A DNA stretch of 64,000 nt from Escherichia coli (GTDB taxonomy: Bacteria > Pseudomonadota > Gammaproteobacteria > Enterobacterales > Enterobacteriaceae): NCBI RefSeq assembly GCF_011045215.1, contig NZ_CP049201.1. One strand, given 5' to 3'. Shown in pieces: positions 18,668-30,831 of this stretch. Each line of letters starts with the position of its first letter. Positions within the stretch are counted from its first letter, which is position 1. The notes beneath the pieces were generated by a model that was not told the DNA's origin, ran no database searches, and was given only the letters and a program-made list of their open reading frames with translations. The position numbers and the translations under genes are program-made.

Positions 18668-20176
18668 TTACTGCTGCGGAATAGCGGGTACAGCCGGAAC
18701 GTTTAATGCCGGCATCGCAAACATACCAACAAAATCTTCCAGTGGCATTTTCTGCCCGTTTAACGTGATCTGACCGTTAGCATATTGCAGGCTGGTGGTG
18801 ATGGTGTTGTCCTGCAAGGTGGTCAGACGGAACATCTGGCCCATTGCTGATGCGCCTTCAACTTGCTGTTTCGCCAGCTTTTTCGCTTGATCTTCCTGAT
18901 AACCTTCCAACTTCGCTACCTGAGTCATCAGTTCAGTTGCCATATCGACCGGAATGGTCAGTTTCGCATCCAGAGATTTAACCGAACGATCTACTTCCTG
19001 CGCCAGCGTTTGCGGCGCTTCTTTAGTCGTTGCCGGATCTTTCAGGAACAACGACAGATTCAGCGCACTTTCACCCTGACTGTTTTTCCAGCTTAGTGGC
19101 GCGATAGTAATCACCGGATCGCCTTTCAACATCAGCGGCAGGGCGCTAAAGAAGGCTTCCGTCACTTTCTCCTGATAAAGTTCGGGATTGTTGGCAATTT
19201 CTGGCTGTGCCAGCAGCGCCTGAGTTTGCGCGTTATATTGCTGGCTAAACTGATGCCAGGCTTCACCATCAATCTGGCCGACTTTTAAAGTCAGCTTGCC
19301 GCTGCCCAGATCCTGATTCTGTACCTTCAGGCTGTTTAGCGAGTAATCCAGTTGGCTATTGATCGTTTTACCGTCATTGACCAGATCCGATTTACCGCTG
19401 ATCTCCATGCCTTCCAGCAGTGCCAGTTCTTTGCCTTCCACTGAAATGGTCATTTTTTCCAGTGACAGTTTTTGGTTTCCTACGCGCTCACCAAAACTTG
19501 CCAGCGTGCTGGAACCGTCGGTTTTCAGATTATTAAAGGTCAACTGCACTTTCTGGTTGTATTCGTTAACTGCGTCTATCCGACCACTTTGCGCCTCCCC
19601 GGAAAGGGAGATAGCTTTGCCGTCTCTGTCCGCATTTAACTGGAACTCGCCGCCGCTAAAGGCGACTTTTTCATCCTTTTGCTCGTAATTCAGCGGATTG
19701 AGCGAAATATCGGAACTGGAATCACCGCTGTAACCAATGCGCGAGTTAATCTCAAAAGGCGTTTCACCTTTTGCCATATCAAACAGTGGTTTGCTTACTT
19801 CGTTATTAACCAGCGTGGTTTGAATTGATGCCATCGATGGGATCAGGTTCAGTTTTTTAAGCTGGGCAAGGGGGAAGGGACCATGATCAACCGATTCGTT
19901 GAAGATGACGCTCTGACCGCTTTTAATCCACGGATTTTCTTTCCCGGCAATGGGTTTCACCAACAGTTGCAACTGGCTGCTGAATACGCCGCGATGATAG
20001 TTTTGATAACTCACTTCCAGGTTGGATTCAGGAGCTGTCAGTTTAAGTTGCGCGTTCGCCTGCGCGACCATCTCTTCGAGATGGGTTTCAATCTTCTTGC
20101 CTGTATACCATGCGCCGCCTGTCCAGACTACGCCTAGCGCAACAATGACGCCTACCGCTACCAGCGATTTATTCAT
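18668..20176 (-). CDS. ydgA: YdgA, DUF945 periplasmic protein
   Basis: 502-aa ORF MNKSLVAVGVIVALGVVWTGGAWYTGKKIETHLEEMVAQ...; conserved position between uidC and manA. Confidence 0.85.
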   Translation of the reverse strand: MNKSLVAVGVIVALGVVWTGGAWYTGKKIETHLEEMVAQANAQLKLTAPESNLEVSYQNYHRGVFSSQLQLLVKPIAGKENPWIKSGQSVIFNESVDHGPFPLAQLKKLNLIPSMASIQTTLVNNEVSKPLFDMAKGETPFEINSRIGYSGDSSSDISLNPLNYEQKDEKVAFSGGEFQLNADRDGKAISLSGEAQSGRIDAVNEYNQKVQLTFNNLKTDGSSTLASFGERVGNQKLSLEKMTISVEGKELALLEGMEISGKSDLVNDGKTINSQLDYSLNSLKVQNQDLGSGKLTLKVGQIDGEAWHQFSQQYNAQTQALLAQPEIANNPELYQEKVTEAFFSALPLMLKGDPVITIAPLSWKNSQGESALNLSLFLKDPATTKEAPQTLAQEVDRSVKSLDAKLTIPVDMATELMTQVAKLEGYQEDQAKKLAKQQVEGASAMGQMFRLTTLQDNTITTSLQYANGQITLNGQKMPLEDFVGMFAMPALNVPAVPAIPQQ

Positions 20177-20189
20177 AATGATTATCCAT

Positions 20190-20221
20190 AAAATGAAATC
20201 AGGCGGACTGGCCGCCTGAAG
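20190..20221 (-). terminator. Putative intrinsic terminator downstream of manA
   Basis: On the minus strand: hairpin tcaggcggccagtccgcctga followed by tttcatttt. Confidence 0.5.
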
Positions 20222-20276
20222 GTGTTATAAGCCTTTAATAAGCTTAGCAAGAGATGTTAATTTTTTCAGTAAGCTC

Positions 20277-21452
20277 TTACAGCTTGTTGTAAACACGCGC
20301 TAAACGGCCGTGGCCTTTAACAGTCACCGGTGATTCGTTGGCGGCAATAAACGCTGATTCACCCGGTTTAAGCTGTAACTGCTGAGAACCTTTACACAGC
20401 GTTGCATCGCCTTCGACACAGAACAAAATGGCGGCACTCTGCTGGCTAATGGTGGTTTCTTTATCACTAAGGTCATGCAGCGAGAAGGCAAAATCATCAA
20501 CAGGAATCGGGAAGTCCAGTTCTGCACCTTGTTTCACCGGCTGGGTCAACAACTGGTTAGCCGGTTTGGCTTCGAACTTCACATTGGCAACCAGTTCCGG
20601 AATATCAATGTATTTAGGCGTCAGACCCGCACGCAGCACGTTATCGGAGTTTGCCATCACTTCCAGCGCCACGCCTTGCAGGTAAGCGTGCGGTGTTTCA
20701 GCGAACAGGAACATCGCTTCGCCAGGATTCAATTTCACCACATTCAGCAACAGCGGAGAGAACAGGCCGCTGTCATCCGGGTAAAATTCAGAAATTAAAC
20801 GAATCGTTTGCCACGGTTCACCCTGCTGACTGTCGAGCGCCGATTTTAAAATCGCCAGCGCGCGGGATTTTTCTTCACCCTGCATATTCAACAGGCTGGC
20901 GAACAGTTCGCTTAAACGTTCGGCATCAGGCTGTTGTAAAAAGTGAGCAATCGCCGGATGTGCACCTGCGACCGGCTGGAGTAGGGAGACAATCTCGGAA
21001 AATTCACGAAACGCGTTCATCGCAAGGAAAGGCGTCAGCGCAAAAACCAGCTCCGGCTTGTGGTTAGGATCTTTATAGTTACGCTCGGCGGCATCCATCG
21101 GGATACCTGCGGCATTTTCTTTGGCAAAACCGATTTCAGAATTGTGTTTGTTTGGATGAACCTGAATGGAGAGTGGCTGTGCTGCGCATAATACTTTGAA
21201 CAGGAAAGGCAGTTCGCCAAAGCGTTTGGCAACGGCCTCTCCGAGCAGAGTCGATTTATCACTCTCAATCACATCACGCAGTGAAACGATATCTCCGGCG
21301 GCATTCTGCACTCGTGAACTGCTTTTCGGATGTGCGCCCATCCACAGCTCGGCCATCGGCTGGCTGGACGGATTTTCCATACCATAAAGTTCAGTCAACG
21401 CCGTTTTGCTGCCCCAGGCATAGTTTTGCACTGAGTTAATGAGTTTTTGCAT
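20277..21452 (-). CDS. manA: Mannose-6-phosphate isomerase
   Basis: ORF 20277-21530; start taken at Met 27 (MQKLINSVQNYAWGSKTALTELYGMENPSSQPMAELWMGAHP...) giving 391 aa. Confidence 0.95.
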   Translation of the reverse strand: MQKLINSVQNYAWGSKTALTELYGMENPSSQPMAELWMGAHPKSSSRVQNAAGDIVSLRDVIESDKSTLLGEAVAKRFGELPFLFKVLCAAQPLSIQVHPNKHNSEIGFAKENAAGIPMDAAERNYKDPNHKPELVFALTPFLAMNAFREFSEIVSLLQPVAGAHPAIAHFLQQPDAERLSELFASLLNMQGEEKSRALAILKSALDSQQGEPWQTIRLISEFYPDDSGLFSPLLLNVVKLNPGEAMFLFAETPHAYLQGVALEVMANSDNVLRAGLTPKYIDIPELVANVKFEAKPANQLLTQPVKQGAELDFPIPVDDFAFSLHDLSDKETTISQQSAAILFCVEGDATLCKGSQQLQLKPGESAFIAANESPVTVKGHGRLARVYNKL

Positions 21453-21650
21453 GATCAATCCCTGTTTTAATGTGGAAATTAATCCCGCTATTAAAGCAAG
21501 AATCCTACGGGAAGTAACCTGGAGCCGCAAAAAGTCGTACTAGTCTCAGTTTTTGTTAAAAAAGTGTGTAGGATATTGTTACTCGCTTTTAACAGGGCAA
21601 CGGAACACCCGCCCAGAGCATAACCAAACCAGGCAGTAAGTGAGAGAACA

Positions 21651-23297
21651 ATGTCAAACAAACCCTTTCATTATCAGGCTCCTTTTCCACTCAAAAAAGA
21701 TGATACTGAGTATTACCTGCTAACCAGCGAACACGTTAGCGTATCTGAATTTGAAGGGCAGGAGATTTTGAAAGTCGCACCCGAAGCGTTAACTCTGTTG
21801 GCGCGTCAGGCGTTTCATGATGCGTCGTTTATGCTGCGTCCGGCGCACCAACAACAGGTGGCCGACATTCTGCGTGACCCGGAGGCCAGCGAAAATGATA
21901 AATATGTGGCGCTGCAATTCCTGCGTAACTCCGACATCGCGGCGAAAGGCGTTCTGCCAACCTGTCAGGATACCGGCACCGCGATTATTGTTGGTAAAAA
22001 AGGGCAGCGTGTATGGACCGGTGGTGGTGATGAAGCGGCGCTGGCACGCGGTGTCTATAACACTTATATCGAAGATAATCTGCGCTACTCGCAAAACGCG
22101 CCGCTGGATATGTATAAAGAAGTGAATACTGGCACCAATCTGCCAGCGCAGATCGATCTTTATGCCGTTGATGGCGACGAATACAAATTCCTCTGTATCG
22201 CCAAAGGTGGTGGTTCGGCAAACAAGACGTATCTCTATCAGGAAACCAAAGCGTTACTGACGCCGGGGAAACTGAAAAATTACCTGGTTGAGAAGATGCG
22301 CACGCTGGGTACGGCGGCCTGTCCTCCGTATCATATTGCGTTCGTTATTGGTGGAACTTCTGCAGAAACGAACCTTAAAACGGTGAAACTGGCTTCCGCG
22401 AAATACTATGATGAACTGCCAACGGAAGGGAATGAGCACGGTCAGGCGTTCCGCGATGTGGAACTGGAAAAAGAATTGCTGATCGAAGCGCAAAATCTTG
22501 GTCTGGGTGCGCAGTTTGGTGGTAAATACTTCGCTCACGACATCCGCGTGATTCGCCTGCCACGTCACGGCGCATCCTGCCCGGTCGGTATGGGCGTCTC
22601 CTGTTCTGCTGACCGTAATATCAAAGCGAAGATCAACCGTCAGGGGATCTGGATCGAAAAACTGGAACATAATCCAGGCAAATATATCCCGGAAGAGCTG
22701 CGCAAAGCGGGAGAAGGCGAAGCGGTGCGCGTTGACCTTAACCGTCCGATGAAAGAGATCCTCGCACAGTTGTCGCAGTATCCCGTTTCTACACGCTTAT
22801 CGCTTAACGGCACGATTATCGTCGGTCGTGATATTGCTCACGCCAAACTGAAAGAGCGGATGGATAACGGTGAAGGGCTGCCGCAGTACATCAAAGATCA
22901 TCCGATTTACTACGCGGGTCCGGCCAAAACGCCGGAAGGTTATGCCTCCGGTTCTCTTGGCCCAACGACCGCCGGACGGATGGATTCTTATGTCGATCAA
23001 CTGCAAGCGCAGGGCGGAAGTATGATCATGCTGGCGAAAGGCAACCGCAGCCAGCAGGTGACGGATGCCTGTAAAAAACACGGCGGCTTCTACCTTGGCA
23101 GTATCGGTGGTCCGGCCGCTGTATTGGCGCAGGGAAGTATTAAGAGCCTGGAATGTGTTGAATATCCGGAACTGGGAATGGAAGCCATCTGGAAAATTGA
23201 AGTGGAAGATTTCCCGGCGTTTATCCTTGTGGATGATAAAGGAAATGACTTCTTCCAGCAGATACAACTCACACAATGTACCCGCTGTGTGAAATAA
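21651..23297 (+). CDS. fumA: Fumarate hydratase class I (aerobic)
   Basis: 548-aa [48 protein letters not shown]... Confidence 0.97.
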   Translation: MSNKPFHYQAPFPLKKDDTEYYLLTSEHVSVSEFEGQEILKVAPEALTLLARQAFHDASFMLRPAHQQQVADILRDPEASENDKYVALQFLRNSDIAAKGVLPTCQDTGTAIIVGKKGQRVWTGGGDEAALARGVYNTYIEDNLRYSQNAPLDMYKEVNTGTNLPAQIDLYAVDGDEYKFLCIAKGGGSANKTYLYQETKALLTPGKLKNYLVEKMRTLGTAACPPYHIAFVIGGTSAETNLKTVKLASAKYYDELPTEGNEHGQAFRDVELEKELLIEAQNLGLGAQFGGKYFAHDIRVIRLPRHGASCPVGMGVSCSADRNIKAKINRQGIWIEKLEHNPGKYIPEELRKAGEGEAVRVDLNRPMKEILAQLSQYPVSTRLSLNGTIIVGRDIAHAKLKERMDNGEGLPQYIKDHPIYYAGPAKTPEGYASGSLGPTTAGRMDSYVDQLQAQGGSMIMLAKGNRSQQVTDACKKHGGFYLGSIGGPAAVLAQGSIKSLECVEYPELGMEAIWKIEVEDFPAFILVDDKGNDFFQQIQLTQCTRCVK

Positions 23298-23302
23298 ACA
23301 GA

Positions 23303-23327
23303 GCCGCCCTTCGGGGCGGTTTTTTTA
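23303..23327 (+). terminator. Intrinsic terminator after fumA
   Basis: gccgccc-ttcg-gggcggt hairpin followed by T7, 6 nt after the fumA stop codon. Confidence 0.7.
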
Positions 23328-23439
23328 CATGGCACGAAAGACCAAACATTTGTTATCAAATAGTAAATAATGAGTGAGCTAAAAGTTGCTTAACGAAAGC
23401 AAAACAGAAAGAAAAAATTAATCAGGTGAGGAGCAGGCC

Positions 23440-25802
<2,363 letters not shown>

Positions 25803-25844
25803 TTATAGCACAGTGGTGGTGACTTGACCACCGTGCGCGTAGTG

Positions 25845-27146
25845 TCAAGCAGAGGTAAATTGCGGGATGTTATGCCATAACGGCCAGCTAAACGAGAAGC
25901 GGGCACCACCCAGTTCGCTGGTGTCACAATTAACCGTACCGCCCATTGCCAGTGCTATAGAGTGGACAATTGCCAGCCCCAGCCCGCAGCCGCCGGTTGA
26001 GCGATCCCGGCTGGGATCGAGGCGAACAAAAGGTTCAAAGATATGTTCGCGGTTTTCTGGGGCAATCCCTGGGCCATCATCCTCAACAATTAATGTCGCT
26101 CTATTCCCCGACAGTAGCAGGCTGGTTTCAACCGTTGAATGGCAGTAGCGCAGGGCGTTATTGAGCAAATTATCCAGCACACGCTCCATTAAGCGCATAT
26201 CCAACGCCGCATAATGGCCTTGCGCGAGCGTTTTTATCCGTACCGTTTTATCGGGCGTTACTGCCTGAATGTCTGCCAGATGCGTTGACAGCCACAACGG
26301 CAGGTCTGGTTCGCTAAGATGAAGCTCGTTTTGTGGGCGATCGAGTCGGGCATAAGTCAGCAGCTCTTCAATTAAAGCTTCAAGTTGACTGATATCACGA
26401 TTCAACGCCTGGGATTCGGCGGCGCTCAGGTTATCGCTCATCTCCAGTCGATAACGCAGGCGCACTAACGGTGTTCGCAGTTCGTGTGCAATACCGTCAA
26501 TAAGCTGTTTTTTGCTGGCTATCAAGGCGTTGATATTGTCCGCCATCTGGTTAAATGCGACGCCAAGGCGTTCAAAGCTCGAACCCTCATCAAAGTGGAT
26601 ACGTTCATTGAGATGCCCATCGCCAAATCGTTGCGCCGCAGCTTCCAGTTTTAACATATCCTGCCAGTGCGGACGCATCCAGATAAACACCGGAAAGGCG
26701 AGGGAAATGGCAATAAAAGCGATCAGGGCGATATCCAGCAATCGCATCTGATGGAGGTAATAAAGATAAGGAACAGGACCAACTGCCAGCACGTAGTGGC
26801 TGCGCGGGATACGTTGCAAAAACGTGTACTGATCGTCCAGGGCGACAATTTCGCCGCCACGCAGTCGGTGCATGGAAATATCATCAAGATGGTATTTACT
26901 CAGTGGCTCGACACGCAGATCGAAAGAGAGATTTAAATCCATCTCTTTCAGCGTCTTACCCCAGTCGTGTGGGGGGATCTCACGCAATTCGCTGCGCATC
27001 AGATACAGCGAACTGTTCATCAAATCATCCAGCGACTGTTTGCCCGCGCGTTCGGCGGTAAATTTGTACACCAGCCCAACCAGCAGAGACATCACAAGGA
27101 AGCAGACAAACAATAACAGGTAAAACTGGATAAACAATTTTTTCAT
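25845..27146 (-). CDS. rstB: RstB sensor histidine kinase
   Basis: ORF 25845-27161; start taken at MKKLFIQFYLLLFVCFLV... giving 433 aa; HAMP, H-box (IAHELRTPL) and ATPase motifs present. Confidence 0.9.
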   Translation of the reverse strand: MKKLFIQFYLLLFVCFLVMSLLVGLVYKFTAERAGKQSLDDLMNSSLYLMRSELREIPPHDWGKTLKEMDLNLSFDLRVEPLSKYHLDDISMHRLRGGEIVALDDQYTFLQRIPRSHYVLAVGPVPYLYYLHQMRLLDIALIAFIAISLAFPVFIWMRPHWQDMLKLEAAAQRFGDGHLNERIHFDEGSSFERLGVAFNQMADNINALIASKKQLIDGIAHELRTPLVRLRYRLEMSDNLSAAESQALNRDISQLEALIEELLTYARLDRPQNELHLSEPDLPLWLSTHLADIQAVTPDKTVRIKTLAQGHYAALDMRLMERVLDNLLNNALRYCHSTVETSLLLSGNRATLIVEDDGPGIAPENREHIFEPFVRLDPSRDRSTGGCGLGLAIVHSIALAMGGTVNCDTSELGGARFSFSWPLWHNIPQFTSA

Positions 27147-28895
27147 TGGCATCGCCCGCAACAGAATACTATTCGTATTAATTCACGACTGTGGAGCAAT
27201 GTAAACCGCCAACTGGATAAGGCCTTGTTTGGAAGATAATGTCCGGAACAGACGGATGTATCCCCGGCGTATTCATATTCAGTAAATTCAATTTTCCACC
27301 GGGGCTTGTTTATTATGCTAAGGTTTAATTTAACGTGACGCTTTGTTGTTCTTTAGTCTCTCTATCCTTAAGAAGACGGGCTGATATTACACCGGACATC
27401 ATTGAACCATTCACATTAAGCGCTGTTCTTGCCATATCAACGATCGGCTCTATGGCAATAAAAATACCCACTAATGCGACAGGGAAATTAAGTGTTGAAA
27501 GGACAATCAGCGCCGCGAATGTCCCACCACCACCTACGCCTGCTACCCCTATTGAGCCAAGCGCGATGGCAGGTAAAAGAGTAGCGAGGAATTGCAATGA
27601 GAAGGGATCGATACCCATTGTTGGAGCAATTATCGCCACCATCACGGCAGGATAAATCCCAGCGCAGCCATTTTGTCCCATGTTGGAACCAAAAGACGCT
27701 GCAATATTAGCAATCGTATTTGGAACCCCCAATTTTTCCAATGCAGAAATAGCCAGAGGAATTGAAGCCGCACTACTGCGAGAAACAAACGCAAAGGTAA
27801 GTACTTGCCAGACGGTCTTGTAATAGTTAACGGGGTTTTTACCTATTAACAGCAAAATGCCCGAGTGAACAATAAACATCACAAAAACGGCCAGATAACA
27901 GGCGACGATGAACCCGAGCAAATTGGTAAACTGTGAAAGCTGATACGTTGAGAAGACTTTCGCCATTAGTGCCATTACCCCATAAGGCGTCAGCGCAATG
28001 ACAATACGGACCATTTTCATTACCCATATTTGAATCGCGTTGATCCCCGCGCTCAATTTTTCGCCCTCTGCTGGTGCATCTTTCTTTACTTTTAACAGCG
28101 CAATACCAGCAAGAATTGTAAAGATGACGATGCCAATAACCGAAACACTTCTTGCCCCGGTCAGATCAAGGAAGAGGTTGGTTGGGATCAATGACGTAAT
28201 GAGTCGCGGTAAAGATACCGCAGCTGTTTTCGAGACGTCATCGCTGGTTAAAGAGGATTGCATATGACCAAAGGCGCTGGCATCAAGGCCAATTGCACTG
28301 GCAATAGCCAGGCCAACTAAACCTGCAATCATGACTAAACACAACATACAGGCAACAATAGTTAAAGACATCTTGCCAATACCAGCGCTATTTTCGAGCT
28401 TATTAATCGCTGAAAGAATAGAAATGAATATGAGTGGAACGGCAACAAGTTTTAATAAATTAACATAACCGTTACCAGCAATATTATACCATTCGATAAC
28501 GGTTTCACTGTTTGTCTCAGGAATGAAATGCAGGGAGATACCAATGATAGCCCCCAGGAAAATCGCGATAAAAACACTTTTGGAAAGGGATTCGCTCTTT
28601 TGATCCGTTTTGAAAATCCCCCATGAGCAGATCAAAAAAAGCACAATATATGTGAAAGTTGTAACCATTTTTTAAGCCTCTTGCCTCATTCAGCACCTGA
28701 AATGCCGGAAAGAGTTTGTTGTAAAAAATCTGCGCCATAAGACGCAGGGACGAGGCGATTATAGAGAAATTTTTTCTCATATTCACATCAAATGTAGGGG
28801 GGTTGGAATTTGAATAAGCTCTTATTAATTGAATTCGTTAATTGTTCTCTTTTTCAGATGAACAAATATTAGTCATCTGATTATTTATTGTCACT
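27147..28895. other. About 1.7 kb AT-richer inserted segment separating rstA from rstB
   Basis: rstA and rstB are adjacent in K-12 as I recall; here 1.73 kb intervenes. Left boundary is placed where the RstA C-terminus departs from the expected ...PHAWE; right boundary just upstream of the rstB start. Boundaries are approximate. Confidence 0.6.
27325..28668 (-). CDS. DAACS-family (sodium:dicarboxylate symporter superfamily) transporter, TcyP/YdjN-like, putative L-cystine or amino-acid:cation symporter
   Basis: 447-aa polytopic ORF; shares the family signature FVSRSSAASIPL and long conserved blocks (WYNIAGNGYVNLL, ASFGSNMGQNGCAGIYPA, GVGGGGTFAALIV) with my recollection of E. coli YdjN/TcyP, estimated at about 50-55 percent identity; GAGG RBS upstream; visibly AT-richer than the flanks. 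Confidence 0.8.
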   Translation of the reverse strand: MVTTFTYIVLFLICSWGIFKTDQKSESLSKSVFIAIFLGAIIGISLHFIPETNSETVIEWYNIAGNGYVNLLKLVAVPLIFISILSAINKLENSAGIGKMSLTIVACMLCLVMIAGLVGLAIASAIGLDASAFGHMQSSLTSDDVSKTAAVSLPRLITSLIPTNLFLDLTGARSVSVIGIVIFTILAGIALLKVKKDAPAEGEKLSAGINAIQIWVMKMVRIVIALTPYGVMALMAKVFSTYQLSQFTNLLGFIVACYLAVFVMFIVHSGILLLIGKNPVNYYKTVWQVLTFAFVSRSSAASIPLAISALEKLGVPNTIANIAASFGSNMGQNGCAGIYPAVMVAIIAPTMGIDPFSLQFLATLLPAIALGSIGVAGVGGGGTFAALIVLSTLNFPVALVGIFIAIEPIVDMARTALNVNGSMMSGVISARLLKDRETKEQQSVTLN

Positions 28896-29612
28896 ATCCC
28901 ATGCATGAGGCGCAAAAAGATAGCCTTTGTTACGCACGGTTTTAATGCGATAAGGTTCTGCGGCGTTATCGAGCAGTTTTTTTCTTAACCGCGAAATAGC
29001 CACGTCCACGCTACGATCCAGTCCGTCATAACTGACGCCGCGTAAATTTTTCAGCAATGCATCGCGGTCCATGATTTGCCCGGCATGGGTAGCTAATTCC
29101 CACAATAATTCGAAATCAGCTGTTGAGAGCGAGATTTCAGTGTTAGCCAGGGTGACTACGCGGTTGATAGGATCGATGGTCAACGTGCCGAAATGCAGGG
29201 CTTTGTAGGGAGTCAGAGACGTTTCCTGAAGACCTTTGGTCAGTGTGGCTTGCTCATTCTGACGCAAATGCAAACGTAAACGCGCTAGCAAAACAGCAGG
29301 GGGCGTCGTTTTGAGAATATAGTCGCAGGCACCCATTTCCAGTGCCAGGATGTGGTTCATATCGCTATCGAGAGAGGTTAGAAGAACAATCGGTCCAGAC
29401 CACTTTGCGCGTAAATCACGACAAATGGTCATGCCGTCCTTGCCTGGTAGCATGATGTCGAGTAACACCAAATCCGGATTTTCTCGCAAAATGGTTTCTT
29501 CGGCATGGTCGCCGCGCGGCTCTACGGTAACCTGCATATCATGTTTTGCCAGGTACGCGGCAATCAGTGAACCGACTTCCGCATCATCTTCCACAAATAC
29601 GATAGTGTTCAT
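28881..29612 (-). CDS. rstA: RstA response regulator (OmpR family) with an altered C-terminal tail
   Basis: ORF 28881-29672; start taken at MNTIVFVEDDAEVGSLIAAYL...; receiver and winged-helix domains intact; ends ...GYLFAPHAWDSDNK, where I recall ...HAWE in K-12, consistent with the insertion junction lying in the last codon. Confidence 0.9.
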   Translation of the reverse strand: MNTIVFVEDDAEVGSLIAAYLAKHDMQVTVEPRGDHAEETILRENPDLVLLDIMLPGKDGMTICRDLRAKWSGPIVLLTSLDSDMNHILALEMGACDYILKTTPPAVLLARLRLHLRQNEQATLTKGLQETSLTPYKALHFGTLTIDPINRVVTLANTEISLSTADFELLWELATHAGQIMDRDALLKNLRGVSYDGLDRSVDVAISRLRKKLLDNAAEPYRIKTVRNKGYLFAPHAWDSDNK

Positions 29613-29740
29613 AACATTCACGGTAGATATAAAAACGTCACAATACACCGCGCTGTTTTTACTTACTATCAATCGTTTCTAAACAAGTTTTCATCAGGTA
29701 TTCTACTGATGACTTGTTATGGAAGTGTTAAGGTAAAAAG

Positions 29741-30076
29741 ATGGGGCTGGTAATCAAAGCCGCGCTCGGTGCGCTGGTAGTGCTGTTGATTGGTGTTTTA
29801 GCAAAAACGAAAAATTATTATATCGCCGGGCTGATTCCACTTTTCCCGACCTTTGCGCTTATCGCGCATTATATTGTTGCCAGCGAACGCGGCATTGAAG
29901 CCTTACGCGCAACCATCATTTTTAGTATGTGGTCGATTATTCCCTATTTTGTTTACCTGGTGTCGCTGTGGTATTTCACCGGAATGATGCGCTTGCCCGC
30001 CGCTTTTGTTGGTTCTGTTGCGTGTTGGGGGATAAGCGCATGGGTGTTGATTATATGCTGGATAAAGCTGCATTAA
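29741..30076 (+). CDS. ydgC: YdgC, GlpM-family inner-membrane protein
   Basis: 111-aa hydrophobic ORF MGLVIKAALGALVVLLIGVLAKTKNYYIAGLIPLFPTF... Confidence 0.85.
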   Translation: MGLVIKAALGALVVLLIGVLAKTKNYYIAGLIPLFPTFALIAHYIVASERGIEALRATIIFSMWSIIPYFVYLVSLWYFTGMMRLPAAFVGSVACWGISAWVLIICWIKLH

Positions 30077-30795
30077 CGCAGATGACGACCGCCATCAAGT
30101 GGGAAACTGCGTCCGGTGACAAAGCAACTGGTAAGTAAGTAATCGACCAGGTCGATCACTTCTTTCTCGCCAGGCGCGGTTTTCATCAGTGATTTATTCA
30201 GCGCCTGTTGTCGATATTCGGCATCATCATGTTCATTAAACAGGATCAGCGATGGCGCAATAGAATTCACTTTCACTTCCGGTGCCAGCTTGCGGGCAAA
30301 CGAGCGGGTCATATTATCCAGTGCCGCTTTGCTTGCAGCATACGCAATATGTTTGTCGCTACCGCGCTCCACCACATAATCGGTAAAGTGAATGATATCG
30401 CTGGCGGCGTGTCCGTGCCCACGCAGTAATCTTTCCAGCGCATGGTTGAGCAGGTATGGGGTATTAACGTGGATCTGCATCATGCAAGCCAGTACGTCGG
30501 CCAGTGGCGCACCCGGTTTTTCCGCCATCCACGCACTGGCGTTATGCAAAATAGCACGCAGACCATGGGTGCTTTTTAGTACTTCATCGGCAAACGCCAT
30601 CACACCGTCGTTGGTCGAAAAATCAGCCTGAATACACTGCGCACCTGCATTAATCAGTCCATCAATGGCTGGATAGTGAGTCCGATAGCTGACAATCACC
30701 GGTTGCTTTTGATTAATGAAATGCCATGCGAGGGCGAGGCCGATGCGACGACCTCCGCCAGTAATTAATATTGGCAAGGGCTGGGTTTTACCCAT
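30073..30795 (-). CDS. folM: FolM, dihydromonapterin reductase / alternative dihydrofolate reductase (SDR)
   Basis: 240-aa ORF MGKTQPLPILITGGGRRIGLALAWHFINQKQPVIVSYRTHYPAIDGL...; 4-nt convergent overlap with ydgC. Confidence 0.9.
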   Translation of the reverse strand: MGKTQPLPILITGGGRRIGLALAWHFINQKQPVIVSYRTHYPAIDGLINAGAQCIQADFSTNDGVMAFADEVLKSTHGLRAILHNASAWMAEKPGAPLADVLACMMQIHVNTPYLLNHALERLLRGHGHAASDIIHFTDYVVERGSDKHIAYAASKAALDNMTRSFARKLAPEVKVNSIAPSLILFNEHDDAEYRQQALNKSLMKTAPGEKEVIDLVDYLLTSCFVTGRSFPLDGGRHLR

Positions 30796-30831
30796 CGTTA
30801 TCTCCTTTGCTATCCAACGATGGGATGAACG

